From Entomortierella parvispora E1425 (lineage: Eukaryota; Fungi; Mortierellomycota): a stretch of 64,000 nucleotides of DNA. Both the position numbers and the translations under genes were made by a program. Positions 1-10,691 of this stretch are shown here, one piece after another; position 1 is the stretch's first letter, and every line of letters starts with the position of its first letter. A model generated the notes under the pieces. The model worked only from the letters and a program-made list of their open reading frames with translations, ran no database searches and had not been told where the DNA came from. The DNA lies in NCBI GenBank assembly GCA_020891255.1, contig BQFW01000002.1:2232001-2296000 (forward strand), written 5' to 3'.

Positions 1-191
1 GGGGGACGACCACTATGGCGGCCAGAATGTGTACATCTGTCGAGTGCAGAGGTGCCTGCATGACGTCCAAAATGCGTGGAATGGACTCGACTATCGCGCG
101 TTTGGCCAGCATGGTGATTCAAGACGCCACCATCCAAGCCATCGACCTGGTGAGCTTGACCTTGTTGTTTGTTGAAAGTGATCTCAGACAT
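1..191 (-). CDS. Possible 5' part of a gene running off the left edge, product unknown
   Basis: The purine-rich plus-strand tract at ~195-275 reads as a CT-rich 5' UTR on the minus strand. Two frames are open to the edge: ATG at 191 (MSEITFNKQQ...) or CACC-ATG at 112 (MLAKRAIVESIPRILDVMQAP...). I cannot decide between them. Confidence 0.3.
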   Translation of the reverse strand, partial: MSEITFNKQQGQAHQVDGLDGGVLNHHAGQTRDSRVHSTHFGRHAGTSALDRCTHSGRHSGRP

Positions 192-530
192 CCTTGGGGG
201 AAGAGAGGACAGTGCAGTTGGGAAGAGAGAAAGCAGGGGAGCGGGGCTTCAAGAAAAAAAAAAAAAAAAAAAAGGTGTTTGCCCCCAAGGGTCGGGTCGC
301 ACCTGCTGGTCCCCATGAATACAGTAAACCCTTTCAAAAAACCAGACAATCGCAATCGCCATCCTTCCAAGACCCAAGATAAAAATGACAGGGAGATCGT
401 GCAGGCAAAAAAAACCCGAGACGACAGCAACCAATGGCAAATTCACATCGCTAGTTTCTTTTTTCCGACAGGACAATGGGGCCTCAATATGGAATTCATC
501 TCGCTAATCCTCCAGGGACCGGTCACGTGA

Positions 531-580
531 TGGACACCCGTGGACACCATCGGACATGGTCGGACGTGAGCCTGGACACG
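531..580. repeat. Degenerate ~10-bp periodic array of (T/C)GGAC(A/G) units
   Basis: Units: tggacacccg, tggacaccat, cggacatggt, cggacgtgag, cctggacacg. They directly follow a GTCACGTGA element. Confidence 0.6.
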
Positions 581-831
581 GCTAAAATTTGAACTCGTAG
601 TCTATATTGTATATGTAAAGTGACAAAAAGGTAACAGACTTTGATAGAGAAAGAAAGAGATACTACAGTGGCCCAGCTCATAGCTCTGATCATAAAAAAT
701 TAAAATAGTCAAGAATAATAAAAATATCACATGACTTTTTTTATTAGGCGTTGATTGGACGCTCTGACCATCCGTCCCCCAGGAACACAAACAGAACATG
801 GCACGCGGCGGTATGTCTTTCGAAGGCAAAC

Positions 832-1386
832 TCAACACTGCTTTTTGATTGAGGTAGACTTTACAAAAAATCCCGATTCACTCTTCCTGTGCTTTTCGTT
901 TGGCGATTGGATACACGCGAGATTAACGGATAAGAGAGCATCAATGACACGATTTGTGTACTTCGCTTGGGTTGACGAAGCAAGGCCATCGATGACAAGC
1001 TCGGTGAAGGGAGAAGAACCGCCCCAGGGTCTGCTAAGCTTGATCAGGGCGATCGTAACTTGCCAAGCTGGATCGAGGGTTTTGCGGACCGAGTATTCTC
1101 TGAAGAGGTCATTTTTCTCAAGCATCTCCACAAGAGCTTGAAATGCAGTCTTGGTTGTTTGAAACGTGTTCTTGAATTCCTGCTCGGTCAAGTTTCCAAA
1201 TTTTAGAATGAAGAAATGATCGTCCTCCTCTCTGGGAACCGGATCATTCATATAACGGGAGAAGACAGTAAGCAAGAATTTCTCTGACAATTCCTCTACT
1301 CTGTCCACGCAGTCGTCTTCTTCAGCTAGAAGGATGTCGGTTTGAAGCTGACAGAGCCGTCCTTTGCGGGCAGTATCGAAGACCAT
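832..1386 (-). pseudogene. Truncated Harbinger (DDE_Tnp_4-like) transposase paralog, N-terminal/HTH part only, 184 aa
   Basis: SRY..., EFKNTFQTTKTAFQALVEML, WQVTIALIKL and KYTNRVIDALLS parallel SSRY, FLRMTRKSFLKL, VQIAILLDRL and NYTERAMVAILS of the intact copy at 5093-6470. It stops before a complete DDE core. Confidence 0.75.
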
Positions 1387-1628
1387 CGTCCAGGGGATGT
1401 TTGTGGTGAAAGAAGGGATCAGGGCTGTATGTCTCTTTAAGAATTGGTTTTTGGGGGTTCAGGGCGTGGGATTTCACTGCAGGAACGAAAAGAGATTTCT
1501 CTTTCTTTCATGCTGTGGTTTGTGCAAGGACATGGCAAAGTATGGCACCTTGGAAAAACAATTGCATGGATCCCTCCTGTGTCCAAGGGGCAATCTTTGC
1601 CAAAAGCCGCATTTCTTTTCTCACCCGC

Positions 1629-2667
1629 TGTGATGTTGTCTAAAGTAAGTATAGTCTAACGTCAGCAAAGGCTGGAGATGAAAATGATAACGAAAAGAAT
1701 AATAACGAACAAAGCTCGCTGCTTACATATGATAGGGACTTTGCTCTCTGTACCACAAGGATCAAGCACAGCACTGCTATATGATCAGATACAATCTCGA
1801 GAGAATGAACTGGATAGACAGGAGGAGGAGAATGAGCAACAGGATCACGATATAAGCAGGAACGAAACTGAAAGGAGACTAATAAGGACATACCAATGAG
1901 CTAAGCACGTCCTAATGGTAACCAAACAGGAGAATAAACAACTACGGAGGCGAACACTAGGTACTATACTAACTAATAACAACAACAAGGGAGGATTGAA
2001 GGGATCTAATCAGTAAGAGCAAGGCTAGAAGTATTCTATCCAGGGAAAGGGGACAAGGCCGCCTAACTGAGGGTTCAGGAGGGACTCGAGGGAAGGCGAC
2101 GAGAAGATAAGGGAGGTTCCCAAGCACCAGTTAAGGTCTCAGGGTGCCCAAGCGCCAGTTAAGGCCTCAGGGTGGGATGCCAAGATCGTACAAGTCCACT
2201 CAAAAGAGACAAGACATTGTTGGTACCTCGTAAGTGAGCAAGGACACGGAGAACTGGTTGGCCGAGGTTCTTGACGGGACTTGTCGAGGACGGGGAAGAT
2301 CGTAACTTGTGAGTGTACAAGGTCGATCAACAGAACGCAATAGGTCTGTGATATCCAAAGGTAGGGGGGGGAGGAGGTTTAGACTAGCTACTAATAGTCT
2401 CAGCAATCGGAATTAAGGCGTCGAGCTTGCTGCTGCTGCAAAGGGGATATCGGGCAGGAAGGGGGGGATGTGTGTTTGTGTTCTGAAGGGTTCAACAAAA
2501 GTGTACTGGCAGGAATCGTAAAGGAAAAAGGCAACCAGGAGCAAAATGGATTTTGCTCCCTTCTTTATAGAAAAAAAAACTGAAACTAAACAAAATAATA
2601 AATGCTACTGAAAATGTATATCTACTCCGATTGATGTGGATCGGGACTCCACATCTACTACACCACA
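1629..2667. mobile_element. Solo LTR-like insertion, 1039 bp
   Basis: Begins TGTGATGTTG and ends CTACACCACA (TG...CA, 8/10 inverted match). Flanked by a CCGC direct repeat (1625-1628 and 2668-2671). No long ORF. TATA-like CTATAAAG on the minus strand near 2570. Confidence 0.75.
2119..2174. repeat. 28-bp tandem duplication inside the LTR-like element
   Basis: cccaagcaccagttaaggtctcagggtg followed by cccaagcgccagttaaggcctcagggtg, 2 mismatches. Confidence 0.9.
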
Positions 2668-2753
2668 CCGCTACGGCGTTAAATAAATGTACTGCACTGG
2701 TTGGTTCTGAAGATTTTCCCTCTTTCTATTCATCTGTCCCCAATTTGCTCATC

Positions 2754-4290
2754 ATGCCTCCGAAAAAAGTAACTCCATCTGGCCCAACTCTCACAGAAGG
2801 AGGTTCTGCTGACGTATCCAAAAAGAGTCGTTTGTCTGATATTCAACGAAGTGTCCTCGTTTCCTTCATCGAGATTCCGGATAACTACAAGCTCCTGTAC
2901 GATCATGGCTCTACAAAGGGCGTTACCAATGCCTTCGCATACAAAAAAATGGCCGATTTTTTTTTAAAGCAGATGCAGAAGAATCCACAACATGTCGGCA
3001 ACCTTGACCTGAACGCCGTCGATGCAGCTTTTGTCGAAAGCCGGTTTGGTCTAATTATGGCTGGATACACTCGTCAATCGAATAAGAAGACTGGCAATGG
3101 GGTCCATGGTGGCTCGAAGATATTAAAACAAAGCCCCTTCAAGGATAGGCTTGACGCGCTGTTTCTTAGAAATCCGAAATACGATCCAATTGAAATCCGC
3201 GATATTGGTTCTCTGGAGGACGATTCGGCAGACCTTGGAGAGAGTCATCCTGCAGTGTCATCTCTGGTCACCAAAAGGTGAAGTGAAGGTCTGTAAGAGT
3301 ATGTTTATTTTCTTAAAGCATCTCTAATGACTTTTCGGACTTATATTTGATAGGCCACTGTCGGACACTTCCACGGCAACTGCTATCAAGAAACTTCGGC
3401 CTCCTTTTGTCAATCCAGCTCTCCCAGAGCACCTAATTCGCGATAGGAATGATCTGCGCGAAGATGAGGACCTCTCCGAATATGGTGATTATGAAGAGGA
3501 AAGTCCAAGCGAGCGCGTACCCAAAAGTAAGCTGTCAGCCTATCTGGAAGACGCGATAGTCCTCGAGGACGAGGAGCCAACTTCTTCCGCAGCCTGGCCG
3601 GATCCCAAAAAGCTTGTGGAGGAAATGTGGCGTGATGGGCAGCTGGATGCAGATATGAGTGCAGCTGTTACCGAGCTCGATAGGACTGGCTCATTCAGTG
3701 ATCTCACAGCCACGTTGCTGCTTGACAAGATATATGGTCCAACAGGTGTTCCCCTGGCCGGAGAAGTCGAACTGACAAAGATTGATGCTGTCTTCAATCT
3801 TGTCAAAGAAGATACTCCTGAGAATGAGTCCCTCTCCTCCTCATCGTTTGGCCCAGCGACTACTAAAAAGGGCCCATCTTCAAGTGCTTGCAGTAGCAAG
3901 CGCATCCTGTCCTCCTCAAGTCGTCAGATCAAAGGCAAAGATGACCCTCCTCGCACTCCACTGCCTGCTGCTTTACCAAGGCATGGAAGTAATGCTGATG
4001 AGACCATGGTCACCACCAGCCAGAAGTCTCAGACATCGGTTCAGGCTGCTGCAAACACTATGATGCTTGAAAGGAAAGCTCAGAACAGGGAGTTTCTCGA
4101 CATGCATCAACAGGAGCTGCAACTAAAGCGCGAAGAGATGAAGATGACTCGCGAAAAGATAGAAAGTGAGAACGCTCTTCGCAAGGGCGACCAAGATAAT
4201 ATGGCCATGTTGCTCCGAATGGTCATGAACAGCAACGAGAGGATCAGCTCTGTGTTGGAAAACATGTTGTCCAAGAAAAAGGAAGAATAA
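2754..4290 (+). CDS. Myb/SANT-like DNA-binding protein (Harbinger ORF2 type), 2 exons (2754-3277, 3354-4290), ~486 aa
   Basis: The N-terminal helical domain ends in KTGNG...PFKDRLDALF..NP, followed by a low-complexity middle and a C-terminal coiled coil. A GT-AG intron at 3278-3353 joins ORFs 2631..3281 and 3616..4290 in frame. Confidence 0.75.
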
Positions 4291-4462
4291 ACGTAGTGCT
4301 TTTTTTTTTGTATTACCTTTTTCTCTTTCTCCCATTACGCATTGTGTGTTATTCATCCCATTTCATCCTCCTCCTCCCCCCCCCCTCCCTCCCTCCATTT
4401 CCAGTCGTGTCGACAATCATTTATTTTATCGAAACTCCCATTTCCCTCTCATCATCTCGAGC

Positions 4463-5001
4463 ATGTCTAGGGAGACAGCCCACTCACTTGCTTCGAAAAA
4501 GTTGTTGTCCTCAAGCGACAACAGCACGCACGAAAAAGTGGTAAGCCAAACAGGTAATGGGCCAATTCACCAGAAATTTAGAAGAATGTGAAAATGACTT
4601 TTACACCTGTTTTCGCTTAGGACAATGCAGATAACTCAACGGAAGAAGTAACTCACATGGACATCCCAGAATGTCTGGAGTTTCTTGTTATGGACCATGA
4701 ACGCGAGGAAAGTGCTGACGTTTTTGAGCTAGCTCATCAGTTTGTTGGCGCATCTCGAGAGCTAATACGAGTTGGAAAAAGGAAGCTTGTGGCTGTCGAC
4801 GACAGCATCGAGACAGACTCTCAGCCGCGAGGAGATCACAGGCACTGGCGAAAACTCATCCACCCAGAAAACCTATCCCGTGCCGAAGCACTGATTCGAG
4901 AAACCAGACTTCTAGTTGAGGCGCGGAATGATCATATTAGACTCCTCGCTACTAACAGCATGATTGCAGATCAGCGTGCAACAAACGCAAGGGGGATTTG
5001 A
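4463..5001 (+). CDS. Small orphan protein, 2 exons (4463-4540, 4621-5001), ~152 aa
   Basis: ATG at 4463 after a CT-rich leader. A GTAAGC...TTAG intron at 4541-4620 splices in frame to ORF 4657..5001. No recognisable domain. Confidence 0.6.
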
Positions 5002-5092
5002 GTGGACGGTCTGGACAGTCGCTGTGGCCTCGACGTTCGCCACTGCCAAGTACAAAAAGGAAAAATGGAAAATAAAGGATTGATATTCGAAT

Positions 5093-6470
5093 TTAATTGT
5101 TGGTATGATAGTGAACAATTCCACCTGGTGCCCTGGCAGCCCGAAGAACTCCTCGGATGACGTAGCGGCGAAAGGCTTCACTATCCTCTACGTCTGCATC
5201 ATAGGGAGTCCTTTCCAGATCGACGTCGCCACCAAATGGGCGAGTGCCCCGAAAAGGAGTGCAAATATCCTTGTGAAGGATCTCTCTCTCTAGCACCAAG
5301 AAGTTGTGAAGAATGGCACATGCGGTAATCCAATCCAAGACGCGCGAAATATCCTTTTCTTCGGAGCGCGCATGGATTCGGAGAGGAAGACTAGTCAACG
5401 AGCGCCAACGGCTCTTTAGCATGCCGATACAGTGTTCATTAACTGCTCGCAAATTTGCGGCCGCCGTGTTGAAGTCCAGTCCATCTTGAGTCAAGCTTTC
5501 AGGCCCTTTGAGTACTGGTACACTGACCGTAGAAATAGGGTAAGCAGAGTCCGCCAGCAAGTATTGACCCTCGTCGAAGTACAGATGCTGTTGAGTCCAA
5601 AGAGCCATCTGACAAAAGACGAAATAATCATGACATCGGCCTATGGGAATGATGAAGACAACATTAGCCTAGGTCAATTACTGTCTTACAATTTTGCAGA
5701 TAAAACGAAGGTTCACCTGAGTAACCCAAGGAAAGAAAGATAATGCGTTTGTCCACATCGCAAACCACCTGTGCATTCATTGAGTATTGATCATGTCGAT
5801 CCCTGTAAAAGTCCCCTTTGACCTCTGGTCTTTGTTCAAATGGAATGGTGGTGCCATCTACAAACCCGACGCAACCAACGAATCCTTTCCCAGCGACTTT
5901 GCCACAGGTTGCGTGGGCCACTCGTTCTTCCGATTTTGGCCAAAAAAGAAAACGTTTCTGTAGGGAGAGAATGGCGACCATGGCTCGCTCCGTGTAGTTA
6001 TATATAGACCCCTCGCTTCTGTGCCAGGTCTCTGCCAACCTCGCCGTTGACATGCCAGACCCATCGTGGCCAAGACGGTCAAGTAATATTGCGATTTGAA
6101 CGGCAGCCTGTTCCTGTTTGTTGTAGCCTGGACTTTGAAAGACTTCGTGCTCAAAGAGCATCCATGTGAGTTTGAGAAAGCTTTTTCGAGTCATGCGTAG
6201 GAAGATACGGCACTTCTTATCCTGGAAGCCTTCCAGACGGTCAAGAACGTTATAGTCGCGGTTGTTACGGGCATACATGATGGGTCGGTCAAGGTAACGA
6301 GAGCTGTTCACAAGAGCAAGTTCCATAAACAATTCGTCGAAAGGATCCTCGATAAGGAGCGGATTCACTCCTCTTGCTCTTGCCAGATCATTTTCGCCTG
6401 CAGTTTGTTCGGCTTCAAGAAGCGCCAAGAAGCGAACTCTCCACTCCTGAAAGTAAAAGCTTCGTGCCAT
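5093..6470 (-). CDS. PIF/Harbinger transposase (DDE_Tnp_4), 2 exons (6470-5717, 5640-5093), ~433 aa
   Basis: Motifs FWP..EER, GFVDGT, YSMNAQVVCD, HD, YLLADSAYP and NEHCIGMLKSRW, so the D-D-E triad is present. A 76-nt GT-AG intron joins the two ORFs in frame. Confidence 0.92.
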
Positions 6471-6551
6471 GAGTTTGCGCAGGCAAGGAAAGGAGGGAGG
6501 AATAGAACGAAGAAGCACCCTGACTGAAAAAAAGTCTCACACTTTCACACC

Positions 6552-6628
6552 GACACGCACACGGACGCTTGAGGTGCATGTCTGTTTGCAAGGACACGCA
6601 CACGGACGCTTCAGGGGCATGTTTGTTT
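6552..6628. repeat. 36-bp direct repeat (period 41) upstream of the transposase
   Basis: gacacgcacacggacgcttgaggtgcatgtctgttt (6552-6587) versus gacacgcacacggacgcttcaggggcatgtttgttt (6593-6628), 33/36 identical. Confidence 0.9.
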
Positions 6629-6878
6629 TTCTTTGTGCGACGGCAAAGCAAGTAAACAAACACCAAAATTATTTTATATTTTTACATCTTTTGTCATGGT
6701 TCAGCATTGAGTAGGGCCAGTATAGACCTAAAGAGGCCCTTCCGGATCGTAAGGACTCGGCAAGACAGGGTGAATTGCTACAGTATTTGCACCGCCAGGT
6801 CAAACGAAGGCTCTTCACGCATCAGCTGCTCTTATGGCCCGAGCATGACATCGGCGCTCTTGGTATTCGGTTTATTGT

Positions 6879-8896
6879 TTATTTGCTACTTATACCGATC
6901 TTTTGCCGAAGCAGTTGGTTTACAACCACTGGGTTGGCACGACCTTTACTGTCTTTCATAATCTGTCCTACAAAAAAGCCAAGGACTCCAATGTTGCCCT
7001 TCTTGATTGCCTCCACTTTCTTGGGATAGCGATCAATAATGCTTGCACACCATTGTTCCATTTGCATCTGGTCATCTATTTGTCTCCATCCCATTTCGTT
7101 CACAATGTCCATAGCAAGTCGACAATCACCATCCACCATGATATCCAGTACTGACTTTCCAACTTTGGCGGAAATTATCTTCTTGTCCACACAGTCAATG
7201 AGCGATCCTAGCTGAGAGAATGTCACAATCTGAGAGCCGAATTGCAGGTTTCGCGAATGCAGTCTGCCCAACAGCTCGTGTATAGTCCTGAAAAGAGTTA
7301 AGAATGTCAGAAACATGAATTACTAAGGCATTCATTAGGTCGCACGTTATGTTTTACATACCAGCTGACAACACTCTTTACATTGCGATTAGAGTCATCT
7401 CTTAAAACTTGTTCAAAGTATTCCACCATGCCTTCTTCTCCCATCAACGTCCTGGTTTCGATGATACCAACATCATATTCTTCCATTATCCTCAGTCTTC
7501 GAATGTCTGGTAGTTCTGGAAGTGACTCTTTCAAGGCATGGATAGTATGTTGTGAAAGTACCAAACGTGGCAAGTCTGGCTCAGGCATGTATCTATAGTC
7601 AGGCGCAGTTTCCTTGCTTCGTATGCGATAAGTTTGGCCTGTAGAGGCGTCGAATCCCCGTGTCTCCTGGTCCACAGGGATGTTGGATTCGTTCAATTGA
7701 ATCTGGCGCTCAATTTCAGCATCTATCCACCAAAAGTGTGACAAACTCATTAAAATACATAGAAGACACGAATCCTTTTTTTTTTTTTTTTTTTATCTCA
7801 CGACTCATACCAATGGCATCCACCACAGCCTTAACGCTATTGAGGTTCTTTAGCTCACACCGCTGACCGAACGGCTTTCCAATCTCGTGCACTGACACAT
7901 TTACATCACAGCGCATAGAACCCTTGGTAGACAGATAACAATAATGTTACAAGATATTTTCAAAAACCGCGTCGGCGCTTATCGTCTCATTGCAATGGTA
8001 TTACCTCTTCCATATTTCCATCTGAACTGTCAACTGCCCTTAGTAACTGCTGAAGTTTTTTTACCATGATGCCGGCTTCTTTGGAGGAGCGCATATCGGG
8101 TTTCGTTACTATCTCCATAAGGCCTGTACCTGCTCTGTTTAGATCCAGAAGAGTTTCGCCAGGATACACGTCGTGAAGCGATTTTCCGGTGTCTTGCTCT
8201 AGCTGCAATTGCTCGATTCCAATGGTGAGAGAGTAATCTAAACCATCCAAGGACGACAGCTCTACTTTTCCATTCTGTGCCAGTGGTTCTGTAAGCGGAG
8301 AATCTGTTAATGAGCAATGTTTGCGCCTGAAACAGGTCAAGAACTCTAGAGGTATATTCTGCAAGTAGACTTGCCATAGTGTTGGGTGATTTGGTATCCT
8401 TGAGGTAAGTCGGGGTAAAAGTAATGTTTGCGATCGAATGAAGAAACGGGATAGATGTGAGCATCCAAAGCCAACGCGGTCTTGATCGCGAGGTCTACAC
8501 ACTCTTGGCTTAGTTGCTAATAAACGTCCACAGACAAGTTAATTAATGTAATTGGCCTCACCTGCTGCATTAGAAAAACATACGCTCTCTTACAGGCAGT
8601 GTTCCAGGGTATGCTGCGTCAATAAGCGTGACATTTGTGTTTGTAGGGGCATTGAATATAGTTCGGGCCTCAGAGAACAGCTTTGTTGCCGATTTTATCT
8701 GTGCATGAATCTCGAGTCCAATAATGGGCTCCCATCGGCCTTTCACAAGATTTCGTGGCACTGATGCAGGATGGTTGACGGTGGTAGAAAGCGTCCTTAG
8801 AAGTGACCGTGAAGGGAGCTGAAAAAAATACCTCCGTGCAATGTTGGCTCCATCCCGCGCAAGCGCAAGATTGATCGCTCCTTTGTGTTGCAGCAT
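6879..8896 (-). CDS. PET112/gatB: Mitochondrial Glu-tRNA(Gln) amidotransferase subunit B, multi-exon
   Basis: Motifs [73 protein letters not shown] and [16 protein letters not shown]. Arg-rich presequence. Confidence 0.96.
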
Positions 8897-9029
8897 GATC
8901 CGTTGTGGAAGAAGGTTCGCCTTAGGATCGGGATGATGGTCAATATATACTGTACTGCACAAATGTTGGCGTCACGTGCAGTGTGTTGGCTGGCTGGACA
9001 GCTCGCGTTGTCTCACCAGTTTTTCGAAG

Positions 9030-10629
9030 ATGATGAACGTCGCACCACACACACCTCTTCCCCTCACTGTCTCTCCCTCACTGTCTCTAATGTCAACCTC
9101 AACCTCGAATAGCAATTTGATCATTTCAACGAGCCCTGCTGATGATGACGACGGCACACAGGCGATGCCTCTTTCGCCTGCCTCTGTGAAGGGTTATCAA
9201 CGCAATAAAGCTCTCAAGTCCAACAAGACCAGTTCTGGACAGGAGAGACCATTTTCTGAAGAAGAATCCGAGGATGATGATGATGCCGAAGAGGAATCAT
9301 ACGATAGTGACAGGAAGTCGATCGATGAAGATGATGAAGACGACGATTTTGACCCTACTCATTTGGATCCCCGGTTCGAAGCCATGGATGGAACCACTAA
9401 GCTCAAAACGGCTGCAGAAAAGAAGCAAGAAGAAGACGACGAAGAAGAGGAGCTGGACGGCTCCAATGAGGAGGATGACTCGAATGATGTCCTTGCTTTG
9501 CGTGGTGCGGTCTCAAACTTATCCCTTGATGGCCAGGCTACAAAGGGAGCCAGCTCTACACAGGTTCAGTCGTCTTTATCATCCAAGATTTTGTCTGGTG
9601 GGGAGTTTTACCAAGATCCATCCAGCCCAGGAGCGGCGACTCAAAGTAACCTGAACCAAGAGGAACGTCTGCAAGAGCCTGTAAAGCCACATATTGCGCT
9701 GCCGTGTTTAGTTGAAACTGCCAACAACCCTGCTCGAACACGTATCACCCTGAAGTACTCTGGAAACGACCACACATCGGCCTTACATCCTGCAGATGAG
9801 CTTGATCAAAAAGCGTCCACCAGAGGCAGGAAAAACTATATGGTGGCAACGGATCTCTCTGGAGAGAGTTGGCATGCCACGGAGTGGGCGATATCCACTA
9901 TTCTTCGTAATGGTGATGAATTGAATGTAGTGACCATCGTGGAGGATGAAAAGAGTGGTAAGCTTTTATGTCGTTGTTTACTGCTAGTCTGATCTGATAT
10001 TCTTACGATTACTAATTATTCTGGGAATTCGGGTTTGCATATAGACAACAGCAAAGGGATCAAAAAGGGTGTTCAAACGGAAATGCGAGAAGATGCTGAA
10101 AAGCTTACAAAAAACATCCACGAGCAGTTGGAGCACACTTGTTTAAAGGACATTACAGTGGTGATTCATATCATTGCAGCTACGAAGTCGATGGGCGCTA
10201 AGGAACTTTTGATTGAGATGGTAGGGGCATCTTTATTGCATGGGTTTCTGTGGCGGTCGGGTTGGATTGGTATTAACAACCAACTTTCTCCACCGTTGGA
10301 TGTAGATTGACGACCTGGATGACCTATCCACCGTTATTGTGGGGTCACGGGGACGAGGTGCTATTAAAGGGTGAGCTTGTAGACCATGTTTATATTTATC
10401 ATCCAGTTCAATGCCTCAGATGTTAACTGATATTTCTGTGCCTAGATTATTGCTAGGATCGATCAGTAATTTTCTTGTGCACAACTCATCCGTCCCAGTA
10501 ATGGTGGTTCGAGCTCCAAAGAAGTCCAAAAACAAGAAAAAAGCAAGGCGCGGTCGCGCTTTGGAGCAGACTAGGAGTGTTCGCGAGGCAAATCTCAAAT
10601 ATGAGCAGGCTTTCGCGAACGATGATTGA
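9030..10629 (+). CDS. Universal stress protein (Usp) domain protein with acidic N-terminal extension, 4 exons
   Basis: Motifs YMVATDLSGES..A.EWA, VIVGSRGRGAIKG-LLLGSISNFLVHNSSVPVMVVR. Exons join in frame through GT-AG introns. Confidence 0.9.
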
Positions 10630-10691
10630 GATTGTACAAGCTCAGTAATAAAAAAATCTTGAATTAGATGTTGGCTCACTGGATATGTTCC

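Larger units (their letters stand above)
600..6730. mobile_element. PIF/Harbinger-type DNA transposon locus (composite or nested; ends not firmly defined)
   Basis: Contains two Harbinger transposase-like ORFs and a Myb/SANT-like ORF, the usual two-protein content of this superfamily. TIR and TSD are not convincingly identified. Confidence 0.7.

Noticed and set aside
596-6731. Candidate Harbinger TIRs (GTCTATATTG at 600-609 versus the reverse complement of CAGTATAGAC at 6718-6727, with TAA on the right)
   Set aside because: Only a 9/10 match over 10 bp, and the left flank is not a matching TAA/TTA TSD. Too weak to call.
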